In this document: in pieces, positions 56,501-64,000 of the stretch
Layout of the letters: every line of letters begins with the position of its first letter
How positions within the stretch are numbered: the stretch's first letter is position 1
Assembly (NCBI GenBank): GCA_046563655.1
Contig: CM102290.1
Span: forward strand, 6,138,001 to 6,202,000
Reading direction: 5' to 3'
Length of the DNA stretch: 64,000 bases
From: Yuukianura sp. NJ FZ-2021
Lineage: Eukaryota
Translations under genes and position numbers: made by a program
Notes under the pieces: generated by a model
What the model was told of the DNA's origin: nothing
Seen by the model: only the letters and a program-made list of their open reading frames with translations
Databases searched by the model: none

Positions 56501-59500
56501 TATCCACGATAATTAAACTTGGGTTCCTGTAGTACTTTTCATGAGGATTTCAGAAAAGTAACTCATTTTCACGCGGCATCGCTACGCGTGGAAGTTTTTC
56601 GAATGATTTGTTTTGAAACAAATTTTCATAAAATAGAGTCACGAGATGAGGGACGACACAGCAAGTGAAAGTGGGATCCTGTAGCCCTTTTTATGAGGAT
56701 TTCAAAAATATAGTGGACTTTTACCCAGCATCGTGCCGGAATGCATTTCTTTTGAATTCTTTGTTTTGAAACATAAATTTTCATAAATAAAGGTAACAAG
56801 ATGAGGGACGACACAGCAAGTGAAAGTGGGTTCCTGTAGCACTTTTTATGAGGATTTCAAAAATGTAATTTACTTTCTGTTCATTCTCACATTTGCATGT
56901 TCATTCTCACAAATTTAAGTCGTTTTGCGTCAAAATGGTGCTCGACATTGCCCTGGGTGCCGTATACCAACCCAACATAAAATCCGAGACAGAGCGGTTC
57001 ATCCAGACTTTTAAGTACACGCTAACCGGATTTAATTGCGATATATCCGCGATAATTAAACTTGGGTTCCTGTAGTACTTTTCATGAGGATTTCAGAAAA
57101 GTAACTCATTTTCACGCGGCATCGTTACGCGTGGAAGTTTTTCGAATGATTTGTTTTGAAACAAATTTTCCTAAAATAAAGTCACGAGATGAGGGACGAC
57201 ACAGCAAGTGAAAGTGGGTTCCTGTAGCCCTTTTTATGGGGATTTCAAAAATATAGTGGACTTTTACCCAGCATCGTGCCGGAATGCATTTCTTTTGAAT
57301 TCTTTGTTTTGAAACATCAATTTTCATAAATAAAGGTAACAAGATGACTGACGACACAGCAACTGAAAGTGGGTTCCTGTAGCACTTTTTATGAGGATTT
57401 CAAAAATGTAATTTACTTTCTGTTCATTTTCACATTTGCATTTTCATTCTCACAAATTTAAGTCGTTTTGCGTCAAAATGGTGCTCGACATTGCCCTGGG
57501 TGCCGTATACCAACCCAACATAAAATCCGAGACAGAGCGGTTCATCCAGACTTTTAAGTACACGCTAACCGGATTTAATTGCGATATATCCACGATAAAT
57601 AAACTTGGGTTCCTGTAGTACTTTTCAGGAGGATTTTAGAAAAGTAACTCATTTTCACGCGGCATCGCTACGCGTGGAAGTTTTTCGAATGATTTGTTTT
57701 GAAACAAATTTTCATAAAATAAAGTCACGAGATGAAGGACGACACAGCAAGTGAAAGTGGGTTCCTGTAGCCCTTTTTATGAGGATTTCAAAAATATAAT
57801 TGACTTTTACCCAGCATCGTGCCGGAATGCATTTCTTTTGAATTCTTTGTTTTGAAACATAAATTTTCATAAATAAAGGTAACAAGATGAGGGACCACAC
57901 AGCAAGTGAAAGTGGGTTCCTGTAGCACTTTTTATGATGATTTCAAAAATGTAATTTACTTTCTGTTCATTCTCACATTTGCATGTTCATTCTCACAAAC
58001 TTTAAGTCGTTTTGCGTCAAAATGGTGCTCGACATTGCCCTGGGTGCCGTATACCAACCCAAGATAAAATCCGAGACAGAGCGGTTCATCCAGACTTTTA
58101 AGTACACGCTAACCGGATTTAATTGCGATATATCCACGATAATTAAACTTGGGTTCCTGTAGTACTTTTCATGAGGATTTCAGAAAAGTAACTCATTTTC
58201 ACGCGGCATCGCTACGCGTGGAAGTTTTTCGAATGATTTGTTTTGAAACAAATTTTCATAAAATAGAGTCACGAGATGAGGGACGACACAGCAAGTGAAA
58301 GTGGGATCCTGTAGCCCTTTTTATGAGGATTTCAAAAATATAGTGGACTTTTACCCAGCATCGTGCCGGAATGCATTTCTTTTGAATTCTTTGTTTTGAA
58401 ACATAAATTTTCATAAATAAAGGTAACAAGATGAGGGACCACACAGCAAGTGAAAGTGGGTTCCTGTAGCACTTTTTATGAGGATTTCAAAAATGTAATT
58501 TACTTTCTGTTCATTCTCACATTTGCATGTTCATTCTCACAAATTTAAGTCGTTTTGCGTCAAAATGGTGCTCGACATTGCCCTGGGTGCCGTATACCAA
58601 CCCAACATAAAATCCGAGACAGAGCGGTTCATCCAGACTTTTAAGTACACGCTAACCGGATTTAATTGCGATATATCCGCGATAATTAAACTTGGGTTCC
58701 TGTAGTACTTTTCATGAGGATTTCAGAAAAGTAACTCATTTTCACGCGGCATCGTTACGCGTGGAAGTTTTTCGAATGATTTGTTTTGAAACAAATTTTC
58801 CTAAAATAAAGTCACGAGATGAGGGACGACACAGCAAGTGAAAGTGGGTTCCTGTAGCCCTTTTTATGGGGATTTCAAAAATATAGTGGACTTTTACCCA
58901 GCATCGTGCCGGAATGCATTTCTTTAGAATTCTTTGTTTTGAAACATAAACTTTTCATAAATAAAGGTAACAAGATGAGGGACGACACAGCAAGTGAAAT
59001 TGGGTTCCTGTAGCACTTTTTATGAGGATTTCAAAAATGTAATTTACTTTCTGTTCATTCTCACATTTGCATGTTCATTCTCACAAATTTAAGTCGTTTT
59101 GCGTCAAAATGGTGCTCGACATTGCCCTGGGTGCCGTATACCAACCCAACATAAAATCCGAGACAGAGCGGTTCATCCAGACTTTTAAGTACACGCTAAC
59201 CGGATTTAATTGCGATATATCCACGATAATTAAACTTGGGTTCCTGTAGTACTTTTCAGGAGGTTTCAGAAAAGTAACTCATTTTCACCCGGCATTGCTA
59301 CGCGTGGGAGTTTTTCGAATGATTTGTTTTGAAATAAATTTTCATAAAATAAAGTCACGAGATGAGGGACGACACAGCAAGTGAAAGTGGGTTCCTGTAG
59401 CCCTTTTTAAGAGGATTTCAAAAATATAGTTGACTTTTACCCAGCATCGTTCCGGAATGCATTTCTTTTGAATTCTTTGTTTTGAAACATCAATTTTCAT

Positions 59501-62500
59501 AAATAAAGGTAACAAGATGACTGACGACACAGCAACTGAAAGTGGGTTCCTGTAGCACTTTTTATGAGGATTTCAAAAATGTAATTTACTTTCTGTTCAT
59601 TTTCACATTTGCATTTTCATTCTCACAAATTTAAGTCGTTTTGCGTCAAAATGGTGCTCGACATTGCCCTGGGTGCCGTATACCAACCCAACAAAATCCG
59701 AGACAGAGCGGTTCATCCAGACTTTTAAGTACACGCTAACCGGATTTAATTGCGATATATCCACGATAATTAAACTTGGGTTCCTGTAGTACTTTTCATG
59801 AGGATTTCAGAAAAGTAACTCATTTTCACGCGGCATCGCTACGCGTGGAAGTTTTTCGAATGATTTGTTTTGAAACAAATTTTCCTAAAATAAAGTCACG
59901 AGATGAGGGACGACACAGCAAGTGAAAGTGGGATCCTGTAGCCCTTTTTATGAGGATTTCAAAAATATAGTGGACTTTTACCCAGCATCGTGCCGGAATG
60001 CATTTCTTTTGAATTCTTTGTTTTGAAACATAAATTTTCATAAATAAAGGTAACAAGATGAGGGACCACACAGCAAGTGAAAGTGGGTTCCTGTAGCACT
60101 TTTTATGATGATTTCAAAAATGTAATTTACTTTCTGTTCATTCTCACATTTGCATGTTCATTCTCACAAATTTAAGTCGTTTTGCGTCAAAATGGTGCTC
60201 GACATTGCCCTGGGTGCCGTATACCAACCCAAGATAAAATCCGAGACAGAGCGGTTCATCCAGACTTTTAAGTACACGCTAACCGGATTTAATTGCGATA
60301 TATCCACGATAATTAAACTTGGGTTCCTGTAGTACTTTTCATGAGGATTTCAGAAAAGTAACTCATTTTCACGCGGCATCGCTACGCGTGGAAGTTTTTC
60401 GAATGATTTGTTTTGAAACAAATTTTCATAAAATAGAGTCACGAGATGAGGGACGACACAGCAAGTGAAAGTGGGATCCTGTAGCCCTTTTTATGAGGAT
60501 TTCAAAAATATAGTGGACTTTTACCCAGCATCGTGCCGGAATGCATTTCTTTTGAATTCTTTGTTTTGAAACATAAATTTTCATAAATAAAGGTAACAAG
60601 ATGAGGGACGACACAGCAAGTGAAAGTGGGTTCCTGTAGCACTTTTTATGAGGATTTCAAAAATGTAATTTACTTTCTGTTCATTCTCACATTTGCATGT
60701 TCATTCTCACAAATTTAAGTCGTTTTGCGTCAAAATGGTGCTCGACATTGCCCTGGGTGCCGTATACCAACCCAACATAAAATCCGAGACAGAGCGGTTC
60801 ATCCAGACTTTTAAGTACACGCTAACCGGATTTAATTGCGATATATCCGCGATAATTAAACTTGGGTTCCTGTAGTACTTTTCATGAGGATTTCAGAAAA
60901 GTAACTCATTTTCACGCGGCATCGTTACGCGTGGAAGTTTTTCGAATGATTTGTTTTGAAACAAATTTTCCTAAAATAAAGTCACGAGATGAGGGACGAC
61001 ACAGCAAGTGAAAGTGGGTTCCCGTAGCCCTTTTTATGGGGATTTCAAAAATATAGTGGACTTTTACCCAGCATCGTGCCGGAATGCATTTCTTTAGAAT
61101 TCTTTGTTTTGAAACATAAACTTTCATAAATAAAGGTAACAAGATGAGGCACGACACAGCAAGTGAAATTGGGTTCCTGTAGCACTTTTTATGAGGATTT
61201 CAAAAATGTAATTTACTTTCTGTTCATTCTCACATTTGCATGTTCATTCTCACAAATTTAAGTCGTTTTGCGTCAAAATGGTGCTCGACATTGCCCTGGG
61301 TTCCGTATACCAACCCAACATAAAATCCGAGACAGAGCGGTTCATCCGGACTTTTAAGTACACGCTAACCGGATTGAATTGCGATATATCCACGATAATT
61401 AAACTTGGGTTCCTGTAGTACTTTTCATGAGGATTTCAGAAAAGTAACTCATTTTCACGCGGCATCGCTACGCGTGGAAGTTTTTCGAATGATTTGTTTT
61501 GAAACAAATTTTCCTAAAATAAAGTCACGAGATGAGGGACGACACAGCAAGTGAAAGTGGGTTCCTGTAGCCCTTTTTATGAGGATTTCAAAAATATAGT
61601 GGACTTTTACCCAGCATCGTGCCGGAATGCATTTCTTTAGAATTCTTTGTTTTGAAACATAAACTTTCATAAATAAAGGTAACAAGATGAGGACGACACA
61701 GCAAGTGAAATTGGGTTCCTGTAGCACTTTTTATGAGGATTTCAAAAATGTAATTTACTTTCTGTTCATTCTCACATTTGCATGTTCATTCTCACAAATT
61801 TAAGTCGTTTTGCGTCAAAATGGTGCTCGACATTGCCCTGGGTGCCGTATACCAACCCAACATAAAATCCGAGACAGAGCGGTTCATCCAGACTTTTAAG
61901 TACACGCTATCCGGATTTAATTGCGATATATCCACGATAATTAAACTTGGGTTCCTGTAGTACTTTTCAGGAGGTTTCAGAAAAGTAACTCATTTTCACC
62001 CGGCATTGCTACGCGTGGGAGTTTTTCGAATGATTTGTTTTGAAATAAATTTTCATAAAATAAAGTCACGAGATGAGGGACGACACAGCAAGTGAAAGTG
62101 GGTTCCTGTAGCCCTTTTTAAGAGGATTTCAAAAATATAGTTGACTTTTACCCAGCATCGTTCCGGAATGCATTTCTTTTGAATTCTTTGTTTTGAAACA
62201 TCAATTTTCATAAATAAAGGTAACAAGATGACTGACGACACAGCAACTGAAAGTGGGTTCCTGTAGCACTTTTTATGAGGATTTCAAAAATGTAATTTAC
62301 TTTCTGTTCATTCTCACATTTGCATTTTCATTCTCACAAATTTAAGTCGTTTTGCGTCAAAATGGTGCTCGACATTGCCCTGCGTGCCGTATACCAACCC
62401 AACATAAAATCCTAGACAGAGCGGTTCATCCAGACTTTTAAGTACACGCTAACCGGATTTAATTGCGATATATCCACGATAATTAAACTTGGGTTCCTGT

Positions 62501-64000
62501 AGTACTTTTCATGAAGATTTCAGAAAAGTAACTCATTTTCACGCGGCATCGCTACGCGTGGAAGTTTTTCGAATGATTTGTTTTGAGACAAATTTTCCTA
62601 AAATAAAGTCACGAGATGAGGGACGACACAGCAAGTGAAAGTGGGATCCTGTAGCCCTTTTTATGAGGATTTCAAAAATATAGTGGACTTTTACCCAGCA
62701 TCGTGCCGGAATGCATTTCTTTTGAATTCTTTGTTTTGAAACATAAATTTTCATAAATAAAGGTAACAAGATGAGGGACGACACAGCAAGTGAAAGTGGG
62801 TTCCTGTAGCACTTTTTATGAGGATTTCAAAAATGTAATTTACTTTCTGTTCATTCTCACATTTGCATGTTCATTCTCACAAATTTAAGTCGTTTTGCGT
62901 CAAAATGGTGCTCGACATTGCCCTGGGTGCCGTATACCAACCCAACATAAAATCCGAGACAGAGCGGTTCATCCAGACTTTTAAGTACACGCTAACCGGA
63001 TTTAATTGCGATATATCCACGATAATTAAACTTGGGTTCCTGTAGTACTTTTCATGAGGATTTCAGAAAAGTAACTCATTTTCACGCGGCATCGCTACGC
63101 GTGGAAGTTTTTCGAATGATTTGTTTTGAAACAAATTTTCATAAAATAGAGTCACGAGATGAGGGACGACACAGCAAGTGAAAGTGGGATCCTGTAGCCC
63201 TTTTATGAGGATTTCAAAAATATAGTGGACTTTTACCCAGCATCGTGCCGGAATGCATTTCTTTTGAATTCTTTGTTTTGAAACATAAATTTTCATAAAT
63301 AAAGGTAACAAGATGAGGGACGACACAGCAAGTGAAAGTGGGTTCCTGTAGCACTTTTTATGAGGATTTCAAAAATGTAATTTACTTTCTGTTCATTCTC
63401 ACATTTGCATGTTCATTCTCACAAATTTAAGTCGTTTTGCGTCAAAATGGTGCTCGACATTGCCCTGGGTGCCGTATACCAACCCAACATAAAATCCGAG
63501 ACAGAGCGGTTCATCCAGACTTTTAAGTACACGCTAACCGGATTTAATTGCGGTATATCCACGATAATTAAACTTGGGTTCCTGTAGTACTTTTCATGAG
63601 GATTTCAGAAAAGTAACTCATTTTCACGCGGCATCGCTACGCGTGGAAGTTTTTCGAATGATTTGTTTTGAAACAAATTTTCCTAAAATAAAGTCACGAG
63701 ATGAGGGACGACACAGCAAGTGAAAGTGGGATCCTGTAGCCCTTTTTATGAGGATTTCAAAAATATAGTGGACTTTTACCCAGCATCGTGCCGGAATGCA
63801 TTTCTTTTGAATTCTTTGTTTTGAAACATAAATTTTCATAAATAAAGGTAACAAGATGAGGGACGACACAGCAAGTGAAAGTGGGTTCCTGTAGCACTTT
63901 TTATGAGGATTTCAAAAATGTAATTTACTTTCTGTTCATTCTCACATTTGCATGTTCATTCTCACAAATTTAAGTCGTTTTGCGTCAAAATGGTGCTCGA
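44570..64000. repeat. Satellite B main array: ~543-bp unit (152+155+236), ~33 units, with occasional 698-bp units; continues off the right edge
   Basis: A 542-544-bp period is visible in the sequence and in the recurring short ORFs. The array is interrupted only by the insertion at 46676-47700. Confidence 0.98.
46676..47700 (+). mobile_element. Complete ~1.02-kb non-autonomous Helentron partner (HINE / DINE-1-like)
   Basis: The 5' ~70 bp are identical to the autonomous left end, with decaying similarity for ~450 bp. subTIRs GTCTTCTGGAG (46678-46688) and CTCCAGAAGAC (47655-47665). (GTCT)n microsatellite. 3' stem-loop ATGCTCAA-ccc-TTGAGCAT (47668-47686). Inserted in the T-run of CCCTTTTTATGAGG with no TSD beyond T's. 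Confidence 0.93.

Noticed and set aside
44570..64000. Dozens of 60-90-aa ORFs on both strands read as a tandem gene family
   Set aside because: They are by-products of the repeat, often with non-ATG starts and broken by indels in several units. Only the + strand peptide is kept, as a possible fossil.
38675..64000. CRISPR-like array (recurring GACGACACAGCAAGTGAAAGTGGGTTCCTGTAG)
   Set aside because: The intervening sequences are long and themselves repeated rather than unique spacers. There are no cas genes, and the context is eukaryotic with spliceosomal introns.

Overview
Eukaryotic (probably animal) heterochromatic DNA with no recognisable host genes. Positions 1-32768 are a homogeneous tandem array of a ~564-bp monomer (satellite A, ~58 copies). 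At ~32769 the array is broken by the left end of a Helentron-type rolling-circle transposon: 11-bp subterminal inverted repeat (subTIR), 5' hairpin and (GTCT)n. This is followed by an intron-containing Rep(HUH)-PIF1 helicase gene (33738-38529) that is frameshifted in Walker A and cut off before helicase motif VI. There it runs straight into satellite B, a 543-bp unit of 152+155+236-bp subunits that continues to the window end. Part of the 236-bp subunit translates to a peptide resembling an AP-endonuclease (EEP) segment, the domain expected downstream of a Helentron helicase, so satellite B may have arisen from the element itself (inference). The junction zone also holds a ~3.88-kb tandem duplication with an inverted 43-bp templated filler, a 759-bp hAT-like MITE with an 8-bp TSD, and a complete ~1.02-kb non-autonomous partner (HINE/DINE-1-like) of the same Helentron. 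All calls come from reading the sequence by eye; no searches were run.
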